Part shown: one piece after another, positions 28,314-38,767 of the stretch
Position numbering within the stretch: position 1 is the first letter of the stretch
Layout of the letters: each line of letters opens with the position of its first letter
The notes under the pieces: model-generated
What the model was told of the DNA's origin: nothing
The model's input: only the letters and a program-made list of their open reading frames with translations
The model's database searches: none
IMG/VR virus record: IMGVR_UViG_3300017917_002374
Span: 290,960-354,959 of that record
DNA length: 64,000 nucleotides
Strand: one strand, 5' to 3'
Position numbers and translations under genes: made by a program

Positions 28314-29131
28314 TTGCCGTATTGCTTGAAACCTTCAAGCAAGCCTCTGCTGGGCAATTCAAGACTGTCCAAAAGATCACTTTGTCCGGTAAAGTTGTTT
28401 GAGCCAGTGTGATCTACAATTATTCTATTGTGTGGAATTCCGTGAACATCTGCAAACATGTGAGCATACTCACTGAGCAGATGTTTTTGTTTGTACACAA
28501 TATTAAAGTCAAAATCATTCAGTTGACGATTTATCACAGCATCTATTACAGGCACTAGATCTTCTAGATTTACAAAATCAAAATAATGATCTTGAAAAAT
28601 CCTAAAAGGAGATTTATCTGTAGCATTGAACAAACGTTTGAAAAAACGTTTTTCTGATTCAGTATGATGAAACACTCCAAACAGTCTAAGATTATAAAAG
28701 TCTGGTGTGCTAGCAATAACTCTGGCTATGAGATTTTTGGCATATCCATAACTGGCTTTGGGAAGATGCTGATATAATTCGTGTTCTGGTGCTAGATGAA
28801 TGTTTTTGCTAGTGTCAAATTCGTTGCCAGTGCCCATGTTTATCAATCTATCAAACTTGTCACGATTTCTCCATAGATTGGTAAACATCTCTAGATTTTG
28901 AACGGCTAGATTCTGATCAACCGCATTAATTCTATCACGACCCACCAAAGCACAATGGATAACAATATCAATGTGATTCGTATCAAAAAATTTGTCAACA
29001 CTTTCCCCATTGGTAAGATCTAGAACGCTGTGTCCTGGTGCGTAGATCTTGTGCGAATTTGAATAATGATTACGTAGGAAAGATCCTATGAAACCATTTG
29101 CACCTGTGATTAAAATACTTTTTCTATCCAT
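28310..29131 (-). CDS. NAD-dependent epimerase/dehydratase
   Basis: ITGANGFIG, YGYAK (YxxxK), RLFGVF. Confidence 0.85.
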   Translation of the reverse strand: MDRKSILITGANGFIGSFLRNHYSNSHKIYAPGHSVLDLTNGESVDKFFDTNHIDIVIHCALVGRDRINAVDQNLAVQNLEMFTNLWRNRDKFDRLINMGTGNEFDTSKNIHLAPEHELYQHLPKASYGYAKNLIARVIASTPDFYNLRLFGVFHHTESEKRFFKRLFNATDKSPFRIFQDHYFDFVNLEDLVPVIDAVINRQLNDFDFNIVYKQKHLLSEYAHMFADVHGIPHNRIIVDHTGSNNFTGQSDLLDSLELPSRGLLEGFKQYGN

Positions 29132-29904
29132 TCTGTTGCTAGTTTAAGTCCTTTGGCTGCACGAATTTCGTTCCATTTAAGAATTTTTTCTTTGTCTTGA
29201 TTTCTAACTGCGTCATGTTTTAGATCGCCTAGTTCATGAACAAATGGCACAAAGGCAGAAATGTTCATGTGAAACTGGCACTTGACCAGATAGGTACTGA
29301 TCAATCTTTCGCAGATAAATCCTGTGTAATCCAGTGCAGGATTTGGTTCATAGCCTGCACTTGAATATAGCATTTTCTTATGTTCAGGGTCAAGTTTATC
29401 AATTGCGGCCACGTATCGGTCTAGAAATTCTAATAGTCCGTCCCAAAACTTAGCAGTACCAACAAAGTAGTTTGCTGCACAATAAGTGGCGCGATCCATG
29501 GGTAGATAAATTAGATCTGGATTTTCGTTCATGAGCTCAAGCAGTTTTCTTCCTAGTACCACAATATATGGATGACTCCATGCTCCTTGCTCCCACACAT
29601 TGTAAGCCACCAATTCATCTGCAGGATAGGCGTTGAAAATCAAAACTTCTGCATCTGAGACCTGTTCAACCATGCCCAAAACTGCTTCCGGTTCAATGTG
29701 CTGTAGTTTTTTTCTCCATTGCCAACTGAACACGCCCCAGCGATCCACACCCTCTGCCAGCGCACGTTTGCGCACCTGATGATAGATATAGTGTTCGTAT
29801 AGATTCTTAACTGGGTTGGCCGTGTTGTCAAAGGGCTCAAATTCTGGGTCCAAGTGTGTTTTTTGATCTTCACGGTAATAGGCTTGATAAATTTTTATGT
29901 TCAT
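29110..29904 (-). CDS. glycosyltransferase-like hypothetical protein
   Basis: IYQAYY, GVFSWQW, ANYFVG, FICERL patterns; within the glycan cluster. Confidence 0.45.
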   Translation of the reverse strand: MNIKIYQAYYREDQKTHLDPEFEPFDNTANPVKNLYEHYIYHQVRKRALAEGVDRWGVFSWQWRKKLQHIEPEAVLGMVEQVSDAEVLIFNAYPADELVAYNVWEQGAWSHPYIVVLGRKLLELMNENPDLIYLPMDRATYCAANYFVGTAKFWDGLLEFLDRYVAAIDKLDPEHKKMLYSSAGYEPNPALDYTGFICERLISTYLVKCQFHMNISAFVPFVHELGDLKHDAVRNQDKEKILKWNEIRAAKGLKLATEWIEKVF

Positions 29905-29906
29905 GC

Positions 29907-29935
29907 TAGACTCCAGGAATATTTAGTAGTATAAT
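29907..29935 (+). promoter_or_regulatory. sigma70-like promoter for glf, overlapping a divergent late box
   Basis: TAGACT-17 nt-TATAAT, ATG 5 nt later; minus-strand CTAAATA at 29920-29926. Confidence 0.55.
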
Positions 29936-29940
29936 ACATC

Positions 29941-31080
29941 ATGTTTGATAACTTCAACCTTATTGTGGTAGGCAGTGGCTTGTTTGGCAGTGTGGTAGCT
30001 GAACGAGCCAGTAGAGCAGGATATCGTGTGGCTGTGATTGAAAAACGTTCACACATCGCAGGCAACTGCTACACCGAAGATGATGCTGAAACTGGCATCA
30101 ATGTGCATAGATATGGGCCTCATATATTCCATACCAGCAACAGAGAGATATGGGACTATATCAATCAGTTTACAGAATTCAATCACTATCGTCACAAGTG
30201 CCTGAGCTCGTACCAAGATAAACTGTACAGCATGCCAATCAACCTTGGTACTATAAACAGTTTCTTTAACAGCAACTACACACCTGCACAGGCTCGTGAT
30301 TTATTGGATCGCATGACAGAAAATCACAAGCACAAAGATCCTGAAAACTTTCAAGAACAGGCTATGGCCTTGATTGGCCCAGAACTGTATCATGCGTTTG
30401 TGAAAGGTTATACCAAAAAGCAATGGGAAACTGATCCAACTGAATTACCGGCCAGTTACGCAAGACGCTTGCCTGTGCGCACAGACTACAATGATCGTTA
30501 TTACAACGATCTCTATGAAGGCATACCTGTAGGCGGATACACACCTATTTTTGAACGCATGTTGGATCATGAAAACATACAGGTATTTTTAAACACAGAC
30601 TGGTTTGAAGTTCAAGATCAAGTAAAAGACCAATTGGTGGTGTACACTGGTCCGATTGATCGTTACTACAACTATCAGTTTGGCAGACTGAACTGGCGCA
30701 CCATTGACATAGACTTTCACGTGAAAAATGTCAAAGACTTTCAAGGTGTCACACAGATTAACTATCCAGATGAGCAGGTGAGACATACTCGTATCATAGA
30801 ACACAGACATTTTCATCCAGAACGCAAATATCCAGATGATAAAACTGTGGTTGGAGTGGAGTACTCACGTGCAGCACAGGGCGACGACACTGTGTACTAT
30901 CCTGTGAACACGCCTGCAGACAAGGAAAGATATGCCAAATACAGGGAGCTGGCAGACGCAGAACCCAATACAATCATAGGAGGTCGTTTAGGAGAGTACA
31001 TGTACTATGATATGCATCAAGTAATTGGTGCCGCACTCTCTTGCTATAAAAACAAAATACAGGTAAAATTGCAACAATAA
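29941..31080 (+). CDS. glf: UDP-galactopyranose mutase
   Basis: VGSGLFG FAD motif, HRYGPHIFHT, YYPVN, GRLGEYMYYDMHQ. Confidence 0.95.
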   Translation: MFDNFNLIVVGSGLFGSVVAERASRAGYRVAVIEKRSHIAGNCYTEDDAETGINVHRYGPHIFHTSNREIWDYINQFTEFNHYRHKCLSSYQDKLYSMPINLGTINSFFNSNYTPAQARDLLDRMTENHKHKDPENFQEQAMALIGPELYHAFVKGYTKKQWETDPTELPASYARRLPVRTDYNDRYYNDLYEGIPVGGYTPIFERMLDHENIQVFLNTDWFEVQDQVKDQLVVYTGPIDRYYNYQFGRLNWRTIDIDFHVKNVKDFQGVTQINYPDEQVRHTRIIEHRHFHPERKYPDDKTVVGVEYSRAAQGDDTVYYPVNTPADKERYAKYRELADAEPNTIIGGRLGEYMYYDMHQVIGAALSCYKNKIQVKLQQ

Positions 31081-31113
31081 ATACGCTATCAATTACTCAT
31101 TGGAGAATTCAAA

Positions 31114-32145
31114 TTGTCTAAGAATGTCTTAATCACCGGCAGCGCCGGATTCATTGCCCACCATGTGATTGACCGTATCCTTCGTACCACAGACTGGACC
31201 GTGGTATGTTTGGATCGGTTGGATTTCAGTGGAAACCTAAACCGTCTTGCAGACATGATGCAGGATCATGACCCAGAAGTTAGAAAACGTGTGCGAGTGG
31301 TATGGCACGACCTCAAAGCAGAAATCAGCCCGCTTACCGCAGGCATGATTGGCGAAGTACATTATGTGCTGCATCTTGCTGCTGGTTCACATGTGGATCG
31401 CTCAATTGAGTATCCTATGGAGTTTGTGATGGACAATGTGGTAGGCACAGTTAACCTACTACAGTGGAGTCGCACACTTAAAAATCTAGAACGTTTTGTA
31501 TACTTCTCAACTGACGAAGTGTTTGGTCCTGCACCACATGGTGTGAACTACAAAGAATACGATCGTTATAACAGTACCAATCCTTACAGTGCTAGTAAAG
31601 CAGCGGCAGAAGAACTGTGCGTGGCATTTGAAAACACATACAATCTTCCTATTGTGGTCACACATACCATGAACGTGTTTGGCGAGCGTCAGCATCCAGA
31701 AAAGTTCATTCCTATGTGCATTCAGAAAGTGCGTGATGGGGAAGTGGTTACTGTACACAGTGATCCTACTAAGACACAAGCAGGGTCACGTCATTACATT
31801 CATGCAAAAGATGTAGCAGATGGATTGATGTTTGTGTTAGATAATCTACAGGACTACAAACATGAAGGCGACTATGGCCATGCCAAGTGTCCTAAATTTA
31901 ACCTAGTAGGACCTGAAGAGATTGACAATCTGAGCCTGGCTAAAATGATTGCCGAAGCACAAGGCAAAGAACTCAAATACGAAATGGTAGACTTTCACAG
32001 CAGTCGCCCAGGACACGATCTGCGTTATGCACTGGATGGTGGCCTGCTCAAGAGCTTGGGCTGGGAGCCGCGTATCAAGTTCAGCGAGCGTGTGAAAGAA
32101 GTGGTTGAATGGACCTTGGCAAACGATCGGTGGTTGCGCAAATGA
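31114..32145 (+). CDS. rfbB: dTDP-glucose 4,6-dehydratase-like NAD-dependent epimerase
   Basis: TGSAGFIA, HLAAGSHVDRSI, STDEVFG, YSASKAA, RPGHDLRYALD; TTG start with SD GGAG. Confidence 0.85.
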   Translation: MSKNVLITGSAGFIAHHVIDRILRTTDWTVVCLDRLDFSGNLNRLADMMQDHDPEVRKRVRVVWHDLKAEISPLTAGMIGEVHYVLHLAAGSHVDRSIEYPMEFVMDNVVGTVNLLQWSRTLKNLERFVYFSTDEVFGPAPHGVNYKEYDRYNSTNPYSASKAAAEELCVAFENTYNLPIVVTHTMNVFGERQHPEKFIPMCIQKVRDGEVVTVHSDPTKTQAGSRHYIHAKDVADGLMFVLDNLQDYKHEGDYGHAKCPKFNLVGPEEIDNLSLAKMIAEAQGKELKYEMVDFHSSRPGHDLRYALDGGLLKSLGWEPRIKFSERVKEVVEWTLANDRWLRK

Positions 32146-32867
32146 ACGCACTGGTAATTGTCACCAGCGCCGTGGAAAGTAGATTTGGCATTTATAATGC
32201 TGATCAAAGACTTGCCATGACGCTGGATACTATAAAAAATCTAAGAGAACGCATACCAAATGTCAAAATAGTAGTGAATGAAGTTAGTGGAAACGGACTA
32301 GATGCCACTAGAGAATCAGCTCTGTTGGATGCTTGTGACATTTTTTTAGATTTCACTACCAACAAAGAAGTGAACTGGATATACAATAATCCTGCTTGGT
32401 ACGATAACTGGGACGTTGTGAAAAATCTAACCGAACTCACAACCTTTCCTTTGAGCTTGCGCAGTTTGTTAGACTCAAATGAACTAGAAGGTATTGACAG
32501 AATTTTTAAAATGTCTGGGCGGTATCTTCTGAACGAAAAGTTTGACATCAATTTTTATTCAACAGATTCAGTTAAAGATAAAATTGTCATAGGCAAACGA
32601 GTTCCTAGTCAGTTCCCGTTTCAAGTGACCAGACTTGCAGAGCAATACATGGCGCGATTGCTCAGCTGGCCAGTTAACATGCACGAAGACATGATCAACT
32701 ATTATGTTAATGCTCGCGATTACATGCGTGAGCGTATGCGAGCCGGCGGATATGCTGATATTGAACATTGTCTGTTTTATGCGTTACCAAAAGATCGTGT
32801 GTTGGAAGTTGATCAAGTGGGAGTTTATGGAACCATAGCACCAAATGGTCAGCCTATCATTAATTGA
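32142..32867 (+). CDS. glycosyltransferase-like hypothetical protein
   Basis: RIFKMSGRY motif; operon context. Confidence 0.45.
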   Translation: MNALVIVTSAVESRFGIYNADQRLAMTLDTIKNLRERIPNVKIVVNEVSGNGLDATRESALLDACDIFLDFTTNKEVNWIYNNPAWYDNWDVVKNLTELTTFPLSLRSLLDSNELEGIDRIFKMSGRYLLNEKFDINFYSTDSVKDKIVIGKRVPSQFPFQVTRLAEQYMARLLSWPVNMHEDMINYYVNARDYMRERMRAGGYADIEHCLFYALPKDRVLEVDQVGVYGTIAPNGQPIIN

Positions 32868-32868
32868 A

Positions 32869-33663
32869 ATGAAAAATTTTATAAACAAAAGAAACTGGTC
32901 AGAATTGCAAAATCAATTTCTTTCTGGCCAGCCTTTCAATCACATTGTTATAGACGATTTCTTTACAGCCGAAACTGTGGAAGCATTGGTATCAGAGTTT
33001 CCCAATTATGATAGTGCAGTCTGGAATGCACACTACAATAATCCTATAGAAAATAAAAAGGCATGTAATCATTGGGACAAGTTTCCACCTACAACCTATG
33101 CTGTGTTTCATTATTTGTGCAGTTTTGAATTTGAAGACATTATCAGCAAAGTAACTGGCAACGTAGGGGTACAAGCTGATGTAGGACTACATGGCGGTGG
33201 TTGGCATGCTCATACCACCAGCGGAAAGTTGAATGTACATCTTGACTACAGCATACATCCTAAGTTACAATTAGAACGTCACTATAATCTGATTGTGTAT
33301 ATTACTCCAGATTGGAATCCTGCATGGGGCGGTGGCTTAGAACTATGGAGCCATGATCATGAAAAAGGCACAGCCAAAGAACTTGTTACCACGGTTGAGA
33401 ATCGATTCAACCGTGCGGTGCTGTTTGATACCACCCAATATTCGTGGCACGGCTTACCCCAAGATCTCGTTTGTCCTCCGGGTGTCATGCGACAGAGTCT
33501 CGCGGTCTACTATGTCACAGAACCGGCTGCAGATGCTAGCACAAGAGGTAAAGCACTGTTTGTTCCCCGCGAAGACCAACAGAACAATCCAGAAATTCTG
33601 GAACTTATTCAAAAACGTAGTCAAGTGGCTACAGCAGAAAGTGTTTACAAAGGAATAAAATGA
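32869..33663 (+). CDS. 2OG-Fe(II) oxygenase (prolyl-4-hydroxylase-like)
   Basis: LHGGGWHAH, VHLDY (HxD), GGGLELW, WHG, RQSLAVYY. Confidence 0.85.
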   Translation: MKNFINKRNWSELQNQFLSGQPFNHIVIDDFFTAETVEALVSEFPNYDSAVWNAHYNNPIENKKACNHWDKFPPTTYAVFHYLCSFEFEDIISKVTGNVGVQADVGLHGGGWHAHTTSGKLNVHLDYSIHPKLQLERHYNLIVYITPDWNPAWGGGLELWSHDHEKGTAKELVTTVENRFNRAVLFDTTQYSWHGLPQDLVCPPGVMRQSLAVYYVTEPAADASTRGKALFVPREDQQNNPEILELIQKRSQVATAESVYKGIK

Positions 33664-34397
33664 AAATCAAAATTTATGTACATCTAAACGATCTACCAGG
33701 TGCATTTGATCTAATGAGCGAACAGATGACACTGGCCAGTGAAGTAGGACTATTGGACGCAGCAGAGCAAGTGGTATTGTGTACTAATGGTCGTGAAAGC
33801 AGTTTTGCTGCGGCTAAAGAAGTTTTAAATTCAACAGACTTTCCTAACGTGAAATTTGTACATACCAGTGACGATACCAAGCTGTGGGAATACCCTACAT
33901 TGGATCAACTTAAAAAAGATTGCGATAGTACAGATGAGGAATTTTACATCTGCTATTTTCATCTAAAAGGTCTTAGTAGACTAGGCGATACTCGTGTGAC
34001 TGACTGGCGTAACTACATGCAGTACTGGTGTATTGAACGCTGGGAAGACAATGTGACCAAACTAGACGAAGGCATGGACACCGTGGGTGCTAATTTTATT
34101 GAAGCGCCATGGCCTCACTATTCAGGTAACTTTTGGTGGGCACGAGCCAGTTACATTCGCAAGCTAGATCCAATGGTACATCCACGTGATTTACCTTGGG
34201 GTCAGCCAAGCAGATACATTGATGCAAAACTTGACGAAGGTAATTTTCGTTATGAGCACGAAGCCTGGATAGGAAGTAAAAATCCAGTTTGGGCAGAACT
34301 ACACGCCAGCCCAGGAAAACAAACACCAGGATGGCATTTTGAACACACTTACCCAAGAGAACTTTATGCAACTGAAACCAGCGAAACTGCAAATTGA
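33660..34397 (+). CDS. glycosyltransferase-like hypothetical protein
   Basis: EYPTL, YFHLKG, HYSGNFWWARASYIRKL, R...E.WIGS patterns. Confidence 0.45.
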   Translation: MKIKIYVHLNDLPGAFDLMSEQMTLASEVGLLDAAEQVVLCTNGRESSFAAAKEVLNSTDFPNVKFVHTSDDTKLWEYPTLDQLKKDCDSTDEEFYICYFHLKGLSRLGDTRVTDWRNYMQYWCIERWEDNVTKLDEGMDTVGANFIEAPWPHYSGNFWWARASYIRKLDPMVHPRDLPWGQPSRYIDAKLDEGNFRYEHEAWIGSKNPVWAELHASPGKQTPGWHFEHTYPRELYATETSETAN

Positions 34398-35322
34398 TGA
34401 CCCAACTAGAATTCTAGTTGACAGAAGAAAGGCAGTGGGCGATGTAATCATGATCACTCCGGTTCTACGCGAACTAAGACATCGCTACGGACCTGACGCA
34501 TTTATTCAAGTGGTTACTGAAGAAACCAATGTGCTTGAAAACAACACTGATGTTAGTCAGGTGGTAACTCCACAACAAATGAAAGCAACTGATGCATGGG
34601 ATTTGTATTTGAATCTCAATGATGCATATGAGCAAAATGTAAAATCTCATTATGTTGATGCTTATCTTTACAGAGCGTTTGGTACGCAGATTGACGATAT
34701 TGATAGAACATTGATTCTTAACACTACTGAAGAAGAAAAACAAGCAGTGGACGAAGCATTGGTAGACATAGGCGGTCCCTATGTTGTGCTTCATATGCGT
34801 CGTTGGGCATGGGAAAACAAAAATGTTGACCCAGCATTGTGGACCATGCTCATGGCCTGGATAGAAGCCAGTTATCCTGACATGCGTATAATTTCTGTTG
34901 GAGCACAGTATGATCTTAGAGTGCCAGGACAACTTGGATCAAGATACATTGATCTAGTAGAGCAGTTGAGTCTTGGCGAAATCAAGTATCTTATTGAAAA
35001 TGCCAAGGCTTTTATAGGAGGTGACAGTGGTCCGTATCATATTGCATGTACCACAGACACTCCTATAGTGGCACTGTTAACTCATCTTGATCCAGAACAG
35101 ATATTGCCTTGGAGAGACGGTGAGTTTGGTAAAGATGTACACGTGGTTAAAAGTCGTGTGCCATGCACCGGCTGCTATGCAAGACAAAAGCCACCAGTGC
35201 GAGCATTAGTATGCGAACAGCCTAAAGATCAAGAATGGTTATGTAATAAAAGTTTTGATTTCAATGAGATTACAGTAGCCTTAACCAATGCGATTGGAAA
35301 AACACATGCTGAACTCGCATAA
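34366..35322 (+). CDS. GT9 (heptosyltransferase-like) glycosyltransferase
   Basis: RRKAVGDVIMITP, FIGGDSGPYHIA...TPIVAL. Confidence 0.8.
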   Translation: MQLKPAKLQIDDPTRILVDRRKAVGDVIMITPVLRELRHRYGPDAFIQVVTEETNVLENNTDVSQVVTPQQMKATDAWDLYLNLNDAYEQNVKSHYVDAYLYRAFGTQIDDIDRTLILNTTEEEKQAVDEALVDIGGPYVVLHMRRWAWENKNVDPALWTMLMAWIEASYPDMRIISVGAQYDLRVPGQLGSRYIDLVEQLSLGEIKYLIENAKAFIGGDSGPYHIACTTDTPIVALLTHLDPEQILPWRDGEFGKDVHVVKSRVPCTGCYARQKPPVRALVCEQPKDQEWLCNKSFDFNEITVALTNAIGKTHAELA

Positions 35323-36082
35323 CTGGCAAGAAATACACAGCCAGTTTTCAACTGCTGAACCTTTCAATCATGTGGTCATTGACAACTTTTTTACGCCAGA
35401 GGTAGCAGACTTATTGTACAACGAATTTCCAGCGTATGACAGTGAGCAATGGATATACTATCACAATGCACTAGAAGATAAAAAAACTTGTAATCATTGG
35501 GATAAATTTCCTCTGACCACTTATAGAGCTTTTGAATTTTTAAACAGTAATGGTTTTGTAGATAAATTAAAAATTGTTACTGGCATTAATGATCTCAAAG
35601 GAGACATTGGATTGCATGGTGGGGGATGGCATGCTCATAGCAAAGGTGGCAAAAACAACATACACCTGGATTATGACATACATCCAAAGCTGGGATTACA
35701 ACGCAAGATCAATATTATTGTTTACATGACGCCAGGGTGGGATTCTACTTGGGGCGGCGGGCTTGAACTATGGAGTCATGATACAGATACTGGCAGACCA
35801 AAACAAATGGTCAAGCTGGTTGAAAATCAGTTCAATCGTGCAGTGATCTTTGATACCACACAGAACAGTTGGCATGGATTACCTAGAGAACTTGTTTGTC
35901 CACCTGGAGTTGTAAGACGCAGTCTAGCAGTGTATTATCTAACTACACCTGCCTCCACTGTGACCGATCGTAAAAAGGCCTTGTTTGCCCCTTATGGCGA
36001 TCAAGCAAACGATCCTGAAGTATTAGAACTTATTAGAAAAAGAGCAAACATAGAGCAAGCTTCAAGCGTATATAGAAAATGA
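35288..36082 (+). CDS. 2OG-Fe(II) oxygenase, paralog of 32869-33663
   Basis: Shares KKxCNHWDKFP.TTY, LHGGGWHAH, HLDY and WHGLP motifs. Confidence 0.85.
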   Translation: MRLEKHMLNSHNWQEIHSQFSTAEPFNHVVIDNFFTPEVADLLYNEFPAYDSEQWIYYHNALEDKKTCNHWDKFPLTTYRAFEFLNSNGFVDKLKIVTGINDLKGDIGLHGGGWHAHSKGGKNNIHLDYDIHPKLGLQRKINIIVYMTPGWDSTWGGGLELWSHDTDTGRPKQMVKLVENQFNRAVIFDTTQNSWHGLPRELVCPPGVVRRSLAVYYLTTPASTVTDRKKALFAPYGDQANDPEVLELIRKRANIEQASSVYRK

Positions 36083-37320
36083 AAAATAACGTTACTGAAA
36101 TTATTGAGTGTTTGGCCTGCGGTAGCAGCCATCTAGTGCCTATATTGGATTTAAATGATCAACCATTGGCCAATGCATTTAAAAAACAAGCAAATGAATC
36201 AGAGCCATTTTTTCCGTTGGCTGTGAGCATGTGTTCAGAATGTCATCATTTGCAACTCACACATGCTGTGGATCCTCGGTTGATCTATAAACACTATTTG
36301 TATGTGAGTGGCACCAGCCAGACCTATCTGCACTACATGCACTGGTATAGTAAATTTGTACAAGAAACTTTCATGACCATGTCTGGTAGACTGCCTCAAA
36401 GTGTGCTTGACATTGGTTGTAATGATGGTAGTCAACTGAATTTCTTTGCAGATGATGGATTAAAAACTCTTGGTGTGGATCCTGCAGAAAACCTATATCC
36501 TATTAGCACACGCAGTGGGCATCATGTGGTAGTGGATTTTTGGAACAAGGATGCACAAACCAGTGTACTACAAGCAGCAGGAACACAAGGCGTTGATATA
36601 ATTACCAGTCAAAATGCTTTTGCACACATACCAGATCCGTTGGGATATCTTGAGCTGGTGCGCGATACCATGCACGATAACAGCTTGATGTTTATTAGTA
36701 CCAGCCAAGCTGACATGGTGTTAAACAATGAATTTGACACCATCTACCATGAACATATCAGTTTCTTTAATGTAAACAGCATGCGAGCTCTTGCTGAACG
36801 TGCAGGACTCTATTTAATAGACACAATCAAAACGCCCATACATGGCGTGAGTTATATTTTTATATTGGGCAAGCGACCAAGATTTCAACGTGTGAAAAAT
36901 ATCATTGCCATGGAACGTATGCAAGGTTTGTACACAGATGAAACCTATGCAGCGTGGGCAGCCAACACTCTTAAACTGGTAGCAGATCTTAAGGTGTTTG
37001 TGGAACTGTATCGAAACAAAGGTTATGTGTTAGGAGGCTACGGCGCCGCAGCCAAAGGCAACACACTGTTAAACTTCAGCAAGATCAAGTTGGACTTTAT
37101 TATTGATGACAACGAACTCAAACAAGATCATTACAGTCCTGGCATGAGTATTCCTGTAGTTCCTATTGATCATCTAGATCAATATGCTGACACTGATAAA
37201 ATCCTGTTTATTCCTTTAGCATGGAACTACTTTGATGATATACAAAAGAAGATTCTTGTCAAACGCACTAACTCAAACGATAAATTTTTAAAATATTTTC
37301 CAAAGGTTGAAATACAATGA
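36079..37320 (+). CDS. NDP-hexose C-methyltransferase-like protein (Zn-binding, SAM)
   Basis: CLACG...C..CHHLQL, LDIGCNDG, FDTIYHEH, YGAAAKGNTLLN. Confidence 0.88.
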   Translation: MKNNVTEIIECLACGSSHLVPILDLNDQPLANAFKKQANESEPFFPLAVSMCSECHHLQLTHAVDPRLIYKHYLYVSGTSQTYLHYMHWYSKFVQETFMTMSGRLPQSVLDIGCNDGSQLNFFADDGLKTLGVDPAENLYPISTRSGHHVVVDFWNKDAQTSVLQAAGTQGVDIITSQNAFAHIPDPLGYLELVRDTMHDNSLMFISTSQADMVLNNEFDTIYHEHISFFNVNSMRALAERAGLYLIDTIKTPIHGVSYIFILGKRPRFQRVKNIIAMERMQGLYTDETYAAWAANTLKLVADLKVFVELYRNKGYVLGGYGAAAKGNTLLNFSKIKLDFIIDDNELKQDHYSPGMSIPVVPIDHLDQYADTDKILFIPLAWNYFDDIQKKILVKRTNSNDKFLKYFPKVEIQ

Positions 37321-38156
37321 GCACATTAAAAGACGTCACACTAGTAACAATTGAAACACACTATCACGATCTTGCTGCTCGTGCGCTAGAAGAAACTGTA
37401 AAGCGACTGCCAGTTGGTAAAGTGGTTACTTTTAGTGATCGTCCTCTGCTGGCAGGTGCAACCAACATTCCCACAGTGCCTATCAAGAGTATCACAGACT
37501 ACTGCGATATCATGCTCAAGAGTTTTTGGCCCTTTATTGACACTGAATACATTATTTTTGCACAATGGGATGCCATGGCATTTGATCCATCATTGTGGAC
37601 GGATGACTTTTTAAACTACGACTATATTGGTGCTATATGGCCCTGGGAACCGCCAGGTCAGAATGTAGGTTGTGGTGGCTTCAGTTTGCGTAGTATGAAA
37701 CTGCTTCAAGCTCTGCGGTATCCTGTGATTCAAATGAGCGAAACACACAGTCTTGGGCTCAAGCATGAAGATACCTATATAGGCGTGGTTCATAGAAAAC
37801 TACTAGAACAAAAATTCAATATTAGGTTCGCTCCACAAGAACTAGCCGGCAAGTTCAGCTATGAACTTGGACCTTACAATGGCAGCATGAGTTTTCATGG
37901 CTTTTGGAATATTATTAACTTCATGCCAGATGATGTTACGGATTTCTTTGTTACACATCGCCCTCCTGGCATGTTTGACGAACTGCATCGTGCTCATCAC
38001 ACTATTATTGCTCTAGCAGTTGCCAATCGTTTGGACCTGTTAGAACAGTGTGCAGATGAAATACGCAACGGCACCGACTATCAAAAGGTGTTTGCTTGGT
38101 TAAGCAACGAGAACTTTGATAACAAGCAGTCTGTAATAGACTTAATAAAAAGTTAA
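37317..38156 (+). CDS. DUF5672-like glycosyltransferase-related protein
   Basis: QWDA, FLNYDYIGAIW, VGCGGFSLRS.KL, ED, FHG. Confidence 0.7.
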   Translation: MSTLKDVTLVTIETHYHDLAARALEETVKRLPVGKVVTFSDRPLLAGATNIPTVPIKSITDYCDIMLKSFWPFIDTEYIIFAQWDAMAFDPSLWTDDFLNYDYIGAIWPWEPPGQNVGCGGFSLRSMKLLQALRYPVIQMSETHSLGLKHEDTYIGVVHRKLLEQKFNIRFAPQELAGKFSYELGPYNGSMSFHGFWNIINFMPDDVTDFFVTHRPPGMFDELHRAHHTIIALAVANRLDLLEQCADEIRNGTDYQKVFAWLSNENFDNKQSVIDLIKS

Positions 38157-38158
38157 TA

Positions 38159-38238
38159 GTTGCAAAAAAACAACAAAAATACCCTAGTAAACACTAGGGT
38201 TTTTAATGGTTGACCATAATGGGCCCATTTGCTATACT
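38159..38238 (+). promoter_or_regulatory. early sigma70 promoter with upstream palindromes
   Basis: GTTGC-A6-ACAAC, ACCCTAGT-AAAC-ACTAGGGT, then TTGACC-17 nt-TATACT. Confidence 0.75.
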
Positions 38239-38272
38239 CGTATCTGTTGTTAACCACTTAGGAGCAAATGCA

Positions 38273-38764
38273 ATGTCTAAACTGTTTACTTTTGCTGGCA
38301 CTTGTGTTGAAAATGGTGCCACTGTTTACAAATTTGCTAATGATGCTAAACGTGCCAAAGCACTGGAGCGTTTTGGTTGCACAGATGTTAATATGATTGA
38401 GCTGCCCAAAGCAATGGACAAAGAAGCTGCTGTTGCATTTCTTGCAACAAAAGGCATGACAGCAGGTAAAGCACCCAAGGTTGCTAAAGTAGCAAAGGCT
38501 CCTAAAGTTGCTAAAACTGCAACGGTCAAGGTGACCAAAAGCAAAAGCCAAGTCAAAATTGCTAAAAGCAAAACTACTACCGTTGATCCGGTGGGACGTG
38601 ATGAATACGATCGTGCAGTATTAAACTGGGAAGCCAACGAGTTGCCGGTGCGCTCGTTCGCAGAATGGAAACGCGATGTAGTGGCTGCTCAAAAGTTCTT
38701 TGCCAAAGCAGAAGACAAGTTGGCCAAGAAAATTGCAGCCGGCAAGTGGTTTAAGGAGGCCTAA
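38273..38764 (+). CDS. Lys/Ala-rich basic protein (histone-like repeats)
   Basis: SD AGGAG; KAPKVAKVAKAPKVAK repeats. Confidence 0.7.
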   Translation: MSKLFTFAGTCVENGATVYKFANDAKRAKALERFGCTDVNMIELPKAMDKEAAVAFLATKGMTAGKAPKVAKVAKAPKVAKTATVKVTKSKSQVKIAKSKTTTVDPVGRDEYDRAVLNWEANELPVRSFAEWKRDVVAAQKFFAKAEDKLAKKIAAGKWFKEA

Positions 38765-38767
38765 TTT

